64,000 bases of DNA from an uncultured Mycoplasmatales bacterium (GCA_937936465.1 CALDDH010000003.1:50763-114762); one strand, 5' to 3'; counted from the first letter of the stretch, positions 1 through 9,983 are shown. Notes: a model not told the origin generated them from the sequence alone. Translations and numbers: made by a program.

Positions 1-343
1 CATAATTACCTTTAACTTCAACTTCCATTGCTTTTTTATAAGTGTATTTTAAATGCTTTTGATTCCAAGCAACTACTTTTATTTCTTGTTTTCCATCACT
101 AACAATGAAATTAGTAATAGTTAAATTGTTCCTTAATTGATAATTATTAACTTGACTTGTTATGATCCCTTTAAAACTTAACTTAACTGATGATTCAATT
201 AAATCATTACTATAATAGACGTATGAGATCGGTAAAAAATTAATTAAATCATCAATAGAAAAAATATCTTTTTGATTTAATTTATTAATTGTAACTTCAC
301 CTAAACCTTTAACATCACTTAATTCTTTGTTAATTTCAAACAA
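1..343 (-). CDS. recG: ATP-dependent DNA helicase RecG, N-terminal fragment (runs off window start)
   Basis: Edge-truncated, so not in the ORF track. The minus frame reads (TTG)FEINKELSDVKGLGEVTINKLNQKDIFSIDDLINFLPISY..., a RecG-type N-terminus. AGGAG lies 5 nt upstream of the TTG at 343. Matches the conserved yloU-yloV-recG order of Bacillota. Confidence 0.5.
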   Translation of the reverse strand, partial: MFEINKELSDVKGLGEVTINKLNQKDIFSIDDLINFLPISYVYYSNDLIESSVKLSFKGIITSQVNNYQLRNNLTITNFIVSDGKQEIKVVAWNQKHLKYTYKKAMEVEVKGNY

Positions 344-1945
344 TTAAACTCCTGAAATTAAATAAGGATAAATGGGTTGTTTTGTATCATGAATTTCAAT
401 TTCTAAAAATGGATTATCTTCTATTACTTTATTTTTTAAATTATCAATTAGTTTTACATTTGCATCTTCACCTAATAAAACAGTGATAATTCCAACTTCT
501 AGTTCAATTAAATCTGCAAATATTTTTTCTAATAATATTTCTTCATTAGCTGTTGAATACTTAATGTTACCTTGAATTATTCCTAAAAAGTCGTTTTCTT
601 GAATTACTGTTCCACCAATTGTTGTATCTTTGATTGCTTTAGTTATTTCTATATTTTGTAGTTCAGCCAGGCAATCTTTCATAAAGACAATATTTTCTTC
701 AAGCGTGTTATCAGCTGAGTAGTTAATTAGTACTTCAATTGCTTGGGTCATAAATTTAGTCTCAAGAACTTTCACTTCTACCCCTTCAACTAAATCTTTA
801 GCAGCTTTAGCAGCCATAATTACATTACTATTATTTGGCAAAACAATTACATGTTTAGCGTTAGCCTTTTGAATTGCATTAACTATATCTTCTGTTGATG
901 GATTTAATGTTTGACCACCTGAAATAATTTCTACATTTTGAATTGAATTAAATAACTCACTCATTTTATCAGATGATGAAACAGCTACAATTCCTAGTTC
1001 TTTTTTATTTTGATTTTGTAAATTTTGAGCATCTTCAGCTTGAATTCTCATATTTTCACTTTTTATATGCACAAATGAACCTAAAGTTTGAGCATATTCA
1101 AATACAGCAATCGGCGTTTCACTATGAACATGGACTTTCAAAATATTATCATCTTGAATAGCTACAATTGAATCACCAAAGGTTGTTAATTTTTCTCGTA
1201 CATCTTCAATTTTAATTTCTTTTGGATTATTTAATGCTACTAAAACCTCAGTACAAAAACCATGTTCAATATCTTCAGGATTAATTAAAAATGTTTCAGT
1301 TTCACGAAATCGATCAAAGTTTTGAACTTCTTGAACATCTAACTTTTCACCTTTTAAATTAGCAAGCATCCCCTGAAAGATAACAAGTAATCCTTTACCT
1401 CCACTATCAACTACTCCAGCTTCCTTAAGAATGGGTAATAAATTAGGAGTGTTTTCAAGTGATACTTCCCCACTACTAATTAAGTTTTCAAAATACTTAA
1501 TTAAGTCTGAATTAACTTTTGTGTTTTGATGCATTTCTTTTCCAACTGTTAATATTGTTCCTTCAACTGCTTTAATTACTGATGCATATGCACGATCTGA
1601 TCCACTTTTAATTGCCTTATGAAATTTTTCACTATCAACTTGTTCAATTGATTCAAGTTCTTCTGATATTCCACGGAAAAATTGTGATAATATTACACCA
1701 GAATTACCACGCGCTCCCATTAAAAGACCTTTAGAAAAACTTTTAGCTATTTCACCAACTAATTGACTTTCACTTGTAATTATATTATCAATTCCGGCTT
1801 GAAAGGTCATGTTCATGTTACTTCCAGTATCACCATCTGGTACAGGAAAAACATTTAGTGCATTAATCTCTTCCTTATTTAAATTAATAACTTCTCCAGC
1901 ATACATTAGCATTTCTTTATATTGTTTGGCTGTAATATATTGCAT
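344..1945 (-). CDS. DAK2/DhaL-domain protein YloV (FakA-type fatty acid kinase subunit)
   Basis: N-terminal DhaL motif PDGDTGSNM; ~530 aa; sits downstream of an Asp23-family gene as in yloU-yloV. Confidence 0.8.
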   Translation of the reverse strand: MQYITAKQYKEMLMYAGEVINLNKEEINALNVFPVPDGDTGSNMNMTFQAGIDNIITSESQLVGEIAKSFSKGLLMGARGNSGVILSQFFRGISEELESIEQVDSEKFHKAIKSGSDRAYASVIKAVEGTILTVGKEMHQNTKVNSDLIKYFENLISSGEVSLENTPNLLPILKEAGVVDSGGKGLLVIFQGMLANLKGEKLDVQEVQNFDRFRETETFLINPEDIEHGFCTEVLVALNNPKEIKIEDVREKLTTFGDSIVAIQDDNILKVHVHSETPIAVFEYAQTLGSFVHIKSENMRIQAEDAQNLQNQNKKELGIVAVSSSDKMSELFNSIQNVEIISGGQTLNPSTEDIVNAIQKANAKHVIVLPNNSNVIMAAKAAKDLVEGVEVKVLETKFMTQAIEVLINYSADNTLEENIVFMKDCLAELQNIEITKAIKDTTIGGTVIQENDFLGIIQGNIKYSTANEEILLEKIFADLIELEVGIITVLLGEDANVKLIDNLKNKVIEDNPFLEIEIHDTKQPIYPYLISGV

Positions 1946-1961
1946 TGTTTCCTCCTATTTT

Positions 1962-2312
1962 TTACCTGATTCCTTTTACAAAAACATCAACATATTGAAT
2001 GTTGAAATTATACTTTTCTGCAACTTTGTATTTAACTATTTCTTGAATTAAATTTGTAATTTCAATAATATTTACTTCTTGATCTAAAACGACATATATT
2101 GCAATTCCAATTTGATTATCTTGTAAATAATTAACATCTACGCCAGTTGTATAATCACGATTCAAAACATTTAAGAACTTACTAACAATACTTTTATTTG
2201 CAATATTTATAATCCCAGGCACTAATTTAACTTGATTGCTTATAAAGTGCTCTACATCATAACTTTCTATATATGTTACTCCTCTTGCATTATTTATTTT
2301 AACTTTCATCAT
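1962..2312 (-). CDS. Asp23/Gls24-family (YloU-like) protein
   Basis: 116 aa; position immediately upstream of yloV; Asp23-like size and composition. Confidence 0.65.
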   Translation of the reverse strand: MMKVKINNARGVTYIESYDVEHFISNQVKLVPGIINIANKSIVSKFLNVLNRDYTTGVDVNYLQDNQIGIAIYVVLDQEVNIIEITNLIQEIVKYKVAEKYNFNIQYVDVFVKGIR

Positions 2313-2333
2313 TCTCCTTTAAATAATTTATTT

Positions 2334-2969
2334 TTAAATATGATTTGCTTCTGGATATTCTTGCCCTTTTGTATCAACTGATACTGATTTAATTGTTAGT
2401 TCTTCAGTTGGTGATTCTCCTTCAACTTCTATTTCTGTATTAATGTAATCTAATACATCATAACCATCAATCATATAACCAAAGACAGCATAATCCTCAT
2501 CTAACATAGGAACATCATCAAGAGCTATATAAAATTGACTACCCGCTGAATCAGGTTCACCACTACGAGCCCATGCTAATGCACCTTTTTGGTGTGTTAG
2601 TCCTGTATCATATCCATTACTTGGAAATTCTCCAACAATTGAATATCCAGGTCCACCTGCTCCTGTTCCATCAGGATCACCACCTTGAACAACAAAATCA
2701 CTTACTAATCTATGCATTGTTAAACCATCATAAAACTGTGAATTTGCTAAATATATAAAATTATTGACAGATTCAGGTGCTAAATCAGGATATAATTCAA
2801 AAGTCATTTTACCTTCTTTATCTCCTTGCTTTAAAACAATTGTTGCAACTGGGTTCGCCTCATCATGTAAATCATCATATGTTTGAATACTTTCACTATT
2901 TGCAGTTAAGTAAAGTAACCCAACTAACACTACAAGTATAACTATTAATATTATTATTATTTTTTGCAT
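2334..2969 (-). CDS. membrane-anchored cyclophilin-type peptidyl-prolyl isomerase
   Basis: N-terminal TM helix, then MHRLVSDFVVQGGDPDGTGAGGPGY and GSQFYI cyclophilin motifs. Confidence 0.85.
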   Translation of the reverse strand: MQKIIIILIVILVVLVGLLYLTANSESIQTYDDLHDEANPVATIVLKQGDKEGKMTFELYPDLAPESVNNFIYLANSQFYDGLTMHRLVSDFVVQGGDPDGTGAGGPGYSIVGEFPSNGYDTGLTHQKGALAWARSGEPDSAGSQFYIALDDVPMLDEDYAVFGYMIDGYDVLDYINTEIEVEGESPTEELTIKSVSVDTKGQEYPEANHI

Positions 2970-4642
2970 AATTCTCTCCCTAAAATATCATTGATATTTA
3001 TTTTTGTCTTCTGACCATAAGTCATTTTTTCAACTATATTATCTTCAAAGTCGCGACCAATTATAATTTGATTATTACAACCGATTAATTCCGCTTCACT
3101 TAATTTTTCTCCAACTCGCCTGTCGCGATCATCGACTAAAACAGTAAACCCATTTTCTAAAAGTTGCTTCTCAATTTTGAGTGTAAAACTTTTCTGACCT
3201 TCACTTTCAAAATCTAAAGGAATTAAATGGTAATCAAACGGCGATATTTCTTTTCCAAAAACAATTTTTCCATCTTGATGTTTTTGTTCAATATAAGCAC
3301 TTAAAATTCTTGATACACCAATTCCATAACTTCCCATGAGTGCAACTTTGTTTTCTTGCTCTTTGTTTATAAATTTTAATCCAAGACTATTTGTATACTT
3401 ATCACCTAAAGCAAATGTATGACCAATCTCAATTCCTTTTCTTAACTTAACTGGTAAACCAGACTCTGAGATGCAGTCTCCTGCTTCCACTTGACGAATA
3501 TCAGCATATATTGGATTTAAAAGGTCTTGATTATTAACATTAATTAAATGATTATCTAAAGTATTTGCTCCACATATAAAATCAGCCATATATTCTATTT
3601 CTTGATCAAAGACTAGTTGTATTTGATCACCGACTCCAATTGGTCCAAGAAATCCAGGTATTAAATTATTATCTAATATTAATTGTTCACTAGCGAGTTT
3701 AATTTCTTTTCCCTTAATAAACCTTAGTAGTTTAGTTTCTTGCATATCGCGATCAGCTTTAATAAAAGCCATAACTAATTTACCATCAATATTATAAGCA
3801 ACACATTTAATCATTTTATTAATATTAAAATTCATTTGAGTTTCTAATTGTTTAATGTTTTTCATATTTGGTGTATATACTGTACTTATCATCTCACCAC
3901 TTTGGACTTGCATTGTATACTTATTAAGAACTGGTGCTACTTCAATATTATAAGCAAATTCAGTGTTATCTTCAAAACAAATTGTGTCTTCACCAATATC
4001 AGATAAGACAATAAATTCATGTGATATATTTCCCCCCATTGAACCATTATCTGCTTTAACAATTTTATATTCTAATTTTAATCTTTTCAGTATATCAGTA
4101 TAGGCTTGATAATATTCACGGTATGTATTCATTAGTGAATCATTTGATTCATGAAATGAATAACCATCAAACATTGTAAACTCACGACCTCTAAGCAATC
4201 CAAAACGTGGTCTTTTCTCATCACGCATCTTTGTTTGAATCTGGTAAATATTTAATGGATATTTTTTATATGAATTCAAATAACCAATTACCATATCAGT
4301 TGCAACTTCTTCATGTGTTGGTGCAAGTGCAAATTCTCTTTTATGACAATCAGATACACGAAATAATTCTGCACCATAATCATTCCACCTTCCACTTTTT
4401 TCCCATATATCACTTGGTTGTAAAAAAGGCATCCTTACTTCGTTAGCACCAATTTTGTCAATCTCTTGACGAATGATAGTTTCAATCTTTTGTAAAACTT
4501 TAGTTGCAAGTGGTAAATAAGTATATATTCCCGCTGCATTTTGATGAATATATCCTGCTCTAATCATCATTATATGTGAAATTGCTTGTGCACCTTTAGG
4601 ATTATATTTTTGTGTTGGAATAAACATTTTACTTTGATTCAT
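2957..4642 (-). CDS. proS: prolyl-tRNA synthetase (bacterial type with editing insertion)
   Basis: 561 aa; class II motifs (RPRFGLLRGREF, GIGVSR); downstream of rseP as in Bacillota. Confidence 0.95.
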   Translation of the reverse strand: MNQSKMFIPTQKYNPKGAQAISHIMMIRAGYIHQNAAGIYTYLPLATKVLQKIETIIRQEIDKIGANEVRMPFLQPSDIWEKSGRWNDYGAELFRVSDCHKREFALAPTHEEVATDMVIGYLNSYKKYPLNIYQIQTKMRDEKRPRFGLLRGREFTMFDGYSFHESNDSLMNTYREYYQAYTDILKRLKLEYKIVKADNGSMGGNISHEFIVLSDIGEDTICFEDNTEFAYNIEVAPVLNKYTMQVQSGEMISTVYTPNMKNIKQLETQMNFNINKMIKCVAYNIDGKLVMAFIKADRDMQETKLLRFIKGKEIKLASEQLILDNNLIPGFLGPIGVGDQIQLVFDQEIEYMADFICGANTLDNHLINVNNQDLLNPIYADIRQVEAGDCISESGLPVKLRKGIEIGHTFALGDKYTNSLGLKFINKEQENKVALMGSYGIGVSRILSAYIEQKHQDGKIVFGKEISPFDYHLIPLDFESEGQKSFTLKIEKQLLENGFTVLVDDRDRRVGEKLSEAELIGCNNQIIIGRDFEDNIVEKMTYGQKTKININDILGRELCKK

Positions 4643-6064
4643 TTAATCTCCCTTATCTTGTTCTATTGGTAAGTAGTATTTTTCTTGACTTTCAACTTTA
4701 TTACGATCAGCATTAATAAATTTAAGCTCAATTAAAAGATATTCTTGATCATCTTTTGGAATAATTTGCATTACAATATCATTTTTTTCACTTATAATTT
4801 GATCAACTGATGTCTCATATTGATATGTATCAGCTTCAACTTCTTGATTATTAATACTTATAATTTTAGCATTTTCTAAACTTATATCTATTATAACATT
4901 TTCATAACTTTCATCAAAGTCATTTAATGATATTTTTAAATTTATTTTATTTTCTTGATTTGCTTGATAACATACTTCTGATTCAGAAATTTCCATACTA
5001 ATACTTTCATCTTCTAAAATACGATTGAAATCAACAACTGTAATTGTTAAAAATAGTAGTAGTAATAAAAAGATTCCTATACTATTAATATACATTTCAA
5101 TTTTCTTTGGGATTTGTTTTCTAATTATTACTTCAATAACCACAAATAAGATTCTCCCACCATCTAATGCTGGAATTGGCATTAAATTAACTAAACCAAT
5201 ATTAATACTTAAGATAGAAATTGTTAACATCATCGCCCTAAAACCTTCATCAACAATTGAACTTGAACCTTGAGCCATTCCAAGTGGGCCCATCAAATCA
5301 CTGACACCAGCCATTTGTGTAAATAGCATTTTAATTGATAAAAATATTGAACCAATGATCATTAAGAAAGAAGAAAAAGCCTTAGTAATTGAATCAATAA
5401 AATTATACTTATCATTAGTCTCACTTGGAGTTATTCCAATTGAATCCTTGTCACAAGAGACTTGCTTTTTCTCAATATCAGAAATGTTTAATTGACTATC
5501 AGAATCTTGATATTCAATCTCAAACTTACCATCTTGCTTATCAAGTTCTTGACTAATCTCATCATATGAGTCTGTTTGATTGCCATTAATTGAAATAATT
5601 TGATCACCAGACTCAATCCCAACTTGCTCAGCTGGATAATCCTCAACAACATTAACTGTATTACTTTGATAATTTTGCGAGTTAATTCCACCAAAAAAAT
5701 TCAAAGAAAAAAAGATTAAGAAACCTAAGATAAAATTCATCATTGATCCGGCAATTAAAATTTGAAATTTTTGCCAGCTTGTTTTTTGATCAAGCATTTG
5801 ACCTTTTGATAAGCCTTTATTAATATCACTATCTGTCTCTAAATTATTTTCTCCTGCCATTTGTACATACCCACCAATTGGTATCCACCGAATATTATAT
5901 TTAGTACCTGATTTATCAGTATATAAATGGACTAACTTTGGCCCCATACCAATTGAAAACTCAAAACAATGTACACCATATCTTTTAGCCATTAATAGAT
6001 GTCCGATTTCGTGGACTAAAACAATAACTGATAATGCAATTATAAAGTATATTAATCCAAACAT
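4643..6064 (-). CDS. rseP: site-2 protease RseP/RasP (M50) with an extra ~120-aa C-terminal domain
   Basis: HEIGH at the N-terminus, a PDZ-like GIESGDQIISING, and NLMPIPALDGG. An additional acidic tail follows the last TM. Confidence 0.9.
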   Translation of the reverse strand: MFGLIYFIIALSVIVLVHEIGHLLMAKRYGVHCFEFSIGMGPKLVHLYTDKSGTKYNIRWIPIGGYVQMAGENNLETDSDINKGLSKGQMLDQKTSWQKFQILIAGSMMNFILGFLIFFSLNFFGGINSQNYQSNTVNVVEDYPAEQVGIESGDQIISINGNQTDSYDEISQELDKQDGKFEIEYQDSDSQLNISDIEKKQVSCDKDSIGITPSETNDKYNFIDSITKAFSSFLMIIGSIFLSIKMLFTQMAGVSDLMGPLGMAQGSSSIVDEGFRAMMLTISILSINIGLVNLMPIPALDGGRILFVVIEVIIRKQIPKKIEMYINSIGIFLLLLLFLTITVVDFNRILEDESISMEISESEVCYQANQENKINLKISLNDFDESYENVIIDISLENAKIISINNQEVEADTYQYETSVDQIISEKNDIVMQIIPKDDQEYLLIELKFINADRNKVESQEKYYLPIEQDKGD

Positions 6065-6126
6065 TTTGACCTTTCAAAAACATTTTTTTAAATAAAAATA
6101 ACAAAGTATGGTATCTCTCTTTAATA

Positions 6127-6135
6127 AGTATATCA
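6127..6135 (-). promoter_or_regulatory. candidate extended -10 (TGATATACT) upstream of rseP
   Basis: The minus strand reads ATGATATACT. The identical 10-mer occurs upstream of the PTS gene at 12141-12150. No good -35. Confidence 0.3.
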
Positions 6136-6185
6136 TATTATTAACTTTTTTAGTTCCTATTTTAAACCATTAGTATAATATATTT

Positions 6186-6216
6186 AAAAAAAAAGATACC
6201 AGTAAAACTGATATCT
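6186..6216 (-). terminator. rho-independent terminator after the 6248-7282 transporter gene
   Basis: Minus sense reads agatatcagt-ttt-actggtatct (10-bp stem, 1 mismatch) followed by T9. Confidence 0.6.
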
Positions 6217-6247
6217 TTTAAATGCTTATTAAATTTATTTTTATCTG

Positions 6248-7282
6248 CTATTTATTTCTAATTTCACTTGCTGTCATGATCTTATAATTTTTAAAGATTG
6301 CATACCCAATAAAACCAAATAATATAGATACAAAAGCACATAATAATGCTGTCATAAGACCTAGCGCTCCGTTTTCACCAACAACTACAAAGAATCCAGC
6401 AATCGGTGTTGCTATACCTGTGGCTCCAGTATCTAAACCAGCGGCCGAATAAGTGGCGACTAGTGCAACTATAATTCCTGATGCTGCCCCACCCATAAAG
6501 TTAGTTGTGTAAACAGGTATTGGATTTGAACTAATTATATCTGTTTGGGTCAGTGGCTCAATTGCTACAGATATCGTATCTTTACGATCACCAAATTTCA
6601 TCTTATGAAAGAAAACAAAATTCATAAATGACGAACCAAAAACACTTAATGCACCAATTACCATTGGTAGACCTGTAAGTCCAATAATACTTGTTAAAGC
6701 CATTGAACTTAAAGGTGCTGTTGCAACTACAGTAATTACTCCACCTAAAATAAGCCCCATAATGATTGGTGAACCAGTTGATGCAACTAATAAAATCTCA
6801 CCTATTTGCATTAGCATTCCATTGACAATTGGATCAATCATCTCTGTTAGTAAATACATAACTGGGACAACTACAATTATTATTACGATTAAATCTAAAC
6901 CACCTGGTACAACTTTCTCAATATATTTAACACCAAAACTAATTAAGTAACCAGCAATGAAACCAGATAAAATCCCAAATGGAGCGGCAACTATCCCAAC
7001 CATTAATGCATATACTGGTGTTACACCTAATGCAAGCATTACAAGAGATGCTGCTGCAAGTCCACCCATTGATCCACTTGTTGAACCAATTTCAGATAAC
7101 AACTGAATTCCACCAACTTCACCAAAAAGTGAATAGTGAAATGCTTCTACTAAAAACGTTGCACAAGCAGCAGATGCAAGTGCACCCATCGCTTTAAATC
7201 CATAAGGTGCTTTATACGTAAACAATGTAAATAAAGCTAATACCATTAACAATAATATTGTTCCAATTAATACTTCAAACAT
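6248..7282 (-). CDS. polytopic membrane protein, PTS_EIIC_2-like ('PTS sugar transporter IIC'-like) family
   Basis: 344 aa, ~10 TM, Gly/Ala-rich. The segments ATAPLSSMALTSIIGLTG and SNPIPVYTTNFMGGA match my recollection of this family. No HMM was run. Confidence 0.5.
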   Translation of the reverse strand: MFEVLIGTILLLMVLALFTLFTYKAPYGFKAMGALASAACATFLVEAFHYSLFGEVGGIQLLSEIGSTSGSMGGLAAASLVMLALGVTPVYALMVGIVAAPFGILSGFIAGYLISFGVKYIEKVVPGGLDLIVIIIVVVPVMYLLTEMIDPIVNGMLMQIGEILLVASTGSPIIMGLILGGVITVVATAPLSSMALTSIIGLTGLPMVIGALSVFGSSFMNFVFFHKMKFGDRKDTISVAIEPLTQTDIISSNPIPVYTTNFMGGAASGIIVALVATYSAAGLDTGATGIATPIAGFFVVVGENGALGLMTALLCAFVSILFGFIGYAIFKNYKIMTASEIRNK

Positions 7283-7424
7283 ATAACCTCCAATTTTTTA
7301 AAAATGTAACCCTATTACTTGAATAAATTATTTTTTTTATCCAACAAATTTTAAATAATTATAATTATTTAAAATAGTATAACATAAATTGAAAGCGTTT
7401 GCAAATTTTATTTGTTTTAAATAT

Positions 7425-7448
7425 ATATCAATTAAATTTAATTGATAT
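7425..7448. terminator. perfect 24-bp AT-only palindrome downstream of dxr (weak terminator or binding site)
   Basis: atatcaattaaa|tttaattgatat. No clean U-tract in minus sense. Confidence 0.3.
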
Positions 7449-7457
7449 TTTAGATTG

Positions 7458-8609
7458 TTAATTATTAAATTTATTATTCAAATTATTCCTAATCATTTTG
7501 TCTACTTCTATTATTTGCTTAATAGTTGGGGCATCAATTATTTGATGATTATCCATCTCCTTTTCAACTATTTGCTCAATTTCTAAAAAAGTTATTTTCT
7601 GATTTAAAAACAATTCAACTGCTACTTCATTAGCTGAATTCAAAACAGTTGGCATGCTTCCCCCGGCAATTCCAGCCATGTAAGCAAGTTTAACTGCTGG
7701 ATATCGTTGATAATCAATTTCTTTAAAATTTAATTGAGCTATTTTAGCTAAATTAAGCTCTTGACTATTAACAATTGGTTGATGATCAGGATAACTTAGA
7801 GCAAATTGAATTGGAAGACGCATATCTGGTGTTCCAAGTTGAGCAAAGATTGAATAATCTTTTAATTGAATCATAGAATGAATAATACTTTCATGGTGAA
7901 TTAAGACATCTATTTTTTGATAATCAATATTAAATAAGTGATGTGCTTCTATTACTTCTAAACCTTTATTAAACATTGTCGCACTATCAATTGTTATTTT
8001 TTGCCCCATCGACCAATTTGGGTGATTTAAAGCATCACTGACTGTAACACCTTTTAATTGCTCTCTAGTTTTTTCTCTAAAACTTCCACCTGATGCTGTT
8101 AATATTATTTTATCTAAATTATCTTTATCAATACCTTGCATGACTTGAAAGATTGCACTATGCTCACTATCGATTGGATATAAATTAATGCCTTTTTCTA
8201 AAGCAAGTGGCATAATGATGTGCCCTGCGCAAACAAGTGTTTCCTTATTTGCAAGTCCCATATCCTTCTTAGATTCAATTGCTTTAATAGTTGGAATAAG
8301 ACCTATGAATCCTACTAAAGCATTAATAACTATATCAATTTCTGTTACTGTTGCAATTTCAATCAAACCAGACTCTTGACTAACTATTTTTAAGTTAGAA
8401 AATTGTTTTTGCAGTTTGATTTGATCAACTGAATTTTGAACACATACAGTTGTAACTGATGGGAAAAGATTAATTAACTCGATTGCATAATCAATATTTT
8501 TCCCAACACTAAAAGTTACTAATTGATATTTATCTCGATTATTATTTAATATATCAATTGTTTGTTTACCAATTGATCCACTGGCACCAAGTAATGCAAT
8601 ATTTTTCAT
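7458..8609 (-). CDS. dxr: 1-deoxy-D-xylulose-5-phosphate reductoisomerase
   Basis: MKNIALLGASGSIGKQT NADPH-binding start, with GGAG 4 nt upstream of the ATG at 8609. The ORF-track start at 8663 would overlap cdsA. Also has PIDSEHSA. Confidence 0.92.
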   Translation of the reverse strand: MKNIALLGASGSIGKQTIDILNNNRDKYQLVTFSVGKNIDYAIELINLFPSVTTVCVQNSVDQIKLQKQFSNLKIVSQESGLIEIATVTEIDIVINALVGFIGLIPTIKAIESKKDMGLANKETLVCAGHIIMPLALEKGINLYPIDSEHSAIFQVMQGIDKDNLDKIILTASGGSFREKTREQLKGVTVSDALNHPNWSMGQKITIDSATMFNKGLEVIEAHHLFNIDYQKIDVLIHHESIIHSMIQLKDYSIFAQLGTPDMRLPIQFALSYPDHQPIVNSQELNLAKIAQLNFKEIDYQRYPAVKLAYMAGIAGGSMPTVLNSANEVAVELFLNQKITFLEIEQIVEKEMDNHQIIDAPTIKQIIEVDKMIRNNLNNKFNN

Positions 8610-8616
8610 AGTTCTC

Positions 8617-9252
8617 CTAAATAAATAATATGATAATAATAATTGGTAAAATCCATGAGTCAATACGATCTAAAATCCCCCCATGCCCATATATGAAATT
8701 ACCACTATCTTTAATATTAGATTGTCTTTTAATATATGATTCTAAGATATCACCAATTTGTCCTAATATTGCTATCACAACACTTATAATGTATAGTATT
8801 AAAAGACTATTAAACGGATTATAATCACCAACAAAATTAAATAACACACTAACAAGTGATAATGTAATAATTGCAACAAACGGAGAAATTAATAAACCTC
8901 CAATTGATCCTTCAACCGTTTTATTAGGTGAGATAGATGTCAGCTTTGTCTTACCATGATTCTTACCAACAAAATATGCAAATGTATCATTATACATTAA
9001 GACTGCAGTAATATATACTAAAAACCACTTTTGATCTAACGATAAATACCAAAGTCCATATATAAACATTAAAAATGAAATTAAATATAAATAACTAATA
9101 AATTTTTTATTTGATTTTCTAATAATATGCATAAATTCATAAATACCAACAATGAAAATTGTTCCAATGAAAATTATAAATAAATTCCAGATCAATAATA
9201 ATAAATAAAAACTAATGACAAAACCTGCTCCACCAATTATTCTATTTTTCAT
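8617..9252 (-). CDS. cdsA: phosphatidate cytidylyltransferase
   Basis: CdsA C-terminal signature SxxKRxxxxKDxGxxxPGHGGxxDRxDS is seen as SYIKRQSNIKDSGNFIYGHGGILDRIDS. ATGA start/stop overlap with uppS at 9249-9252. Confidence 0.88.
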   Translation of the reverse strand: MKNRIIGGAGFVISFYLLLLIWNLFIIFIGTIFIVGIYEFMHIIRKSNKKFISYLYLISFLMFIYGLWYLSLDQKWFLVYITAVLMYNDTFAYFVGKNHGKTKLTSISPNKTVEGSIGGLLISPFVAIITLSLVSVLFNFVGDYNPFNSLLILYIISVVIAILGQIGDILESYIKRQSNIKDSGNFIYGHGGILDRIDSWILPIIIIILFI

Positions 9253-9983
9253 CTTCCACCAAATCTTCTTGTTCTTTTTTGATATTCTTCTAAACATCTT
9301 AAAAATTGTTCTTGATTAAAATCAGGCCATAAAGTTTTAGTGAATATAAACTCACTATATGCAACTTGCCATAATAAAAAATTTGATAACCTTTGTTCAC
9401 CACTTGTTCTAATTAATAGATCGACATTACTGTTACTACCTTGATCTAAGTATTTACTAAACTTAATCTCACTATCTATTTGTTGACCCGGATTTGATTT
9501 AATAAATTTATTTACAGCACGAATAATCTCGTCTCTTGATCCATAATTAAATGCTATATTTAAAACTAATTTATTATTATCTTTAGTTTTATCTTTAGCT
9601 TCATTTAAAATACGTTGTATATGCTCAGGTACATTATCAAAATGTCCTGGAAAATTTAACTTAATTTCATTTTCCATAATTAGTTTCATTTTAACTTTAA
9701 AAAAAGTTTCAATTAAACTAAATAAATAATTAATTTCTTCTGTTGATCTTTTCCAATTCTCAGTTGAAAAAGCATAGACAGTTATAATCGGAATCTTTTG
9801 GTTTATCCCAACTTTAATAATGTCTTCAATACGATCGCTTCCAACTTTGTGTCCATATGATACAGGAAAACCTTTTTTCTTAGCCCAACGACCATTCCCA
9901 TCCATAATTATACCAACATGATTAGGAATATTATCTATTTTTAATTGTGTTTTTTTTGCTTTTTTGTTAAATAACATATACAC
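9249..9983 (-). CDS. uppS: undecaprenyl (isoprenyl) diphosphate synthase
   Basis: HVGIIMDGNGRWA, FSTENWKR, RTSGEQRLSNFLLWQ. Confidence 0.93.
   Translation of the reverse strand: MYMLFNKKAKKTQLKIDNIPNHVGIIMDGNGRWAKKKGFPVSYGHKVGSDRIEDIIKVGINQKIPIITVYAFSTENWKRSTEEINYLFSLIETFFKVKMKLIMENEIKLNFPGHFDNVPEHIQRILNEAKDKTKDNNKLVLNIAFNYGSRDEIIRAVNKFIKSNPGQQIDSEIKFSKYLDQGSNSNVDLLIRTSGEQRLSNFLLWQVAYSEFIFTKTLWPDFNQEQFLRCLEEYQKRTRRFGGR

Noticed and set aside
973-2051. Plus-strand ORFs 973-1161 and 1809-2051. The same applies to similar 60-83-aa plus-strand ORFs at 2573, 4207, 5025, 6762, 6979, 8188, 8630, 11734, 11828, 15653, 17233, 18276, 20163, 25138, 25238, 27728, 28414, 29485, 32262, 45042, 51444, 54180, 55653, 59444 and 60154.
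   Set aside because: All lie antisense inside well-supported conserved minus-strand genes. They have low-complexity, Ile/Leu/Phe/Lys-rich translations typical of AT-rich antisense frames. None has an RBS.
5488-5694. Minus-strand alternative-frame ORFs inside rseP (5488-5694), the ABC-F gene (14296-14499) and uvrA (20257-20460, 22093-22317), plus the antisense ORF 52520-52714 inside the rpf-like gene.
   Set aside because: They are embedded out of frame in genes whose main frame carries unmistakable catalytic motifs, and nothing independently supports them.
7425-7448. The perfect 24-bp palindrome as a regulatory operator for the downstream transporter gene.
   Set aside because: I kept it only as a weak terminator or palindrome feature. 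It is pure A/T, which is expected by chance more often in this genome. It lies ~140 nt upstream of the transporter start, and no second copy was seen.
7458-8663. Longest-ORF N-terminal extensions given by the track for dxr (8663), cdsA (9297), ABC-F (14845, TTG), yajC (18322), uvrA (22534), lepA (37806), the coiled-coil gene (38921), the REase (44256, GTG), dcm (45463), tadA (51695) and fur-ybeY (60723).
   Set aside because: The extra residues are not family-like. They overlap the upstream gene or a promoter motif, and they lack an RBS. An internal ATG or GTG with AGGAG-type RBS coincides with the conserved protein N-terminus.
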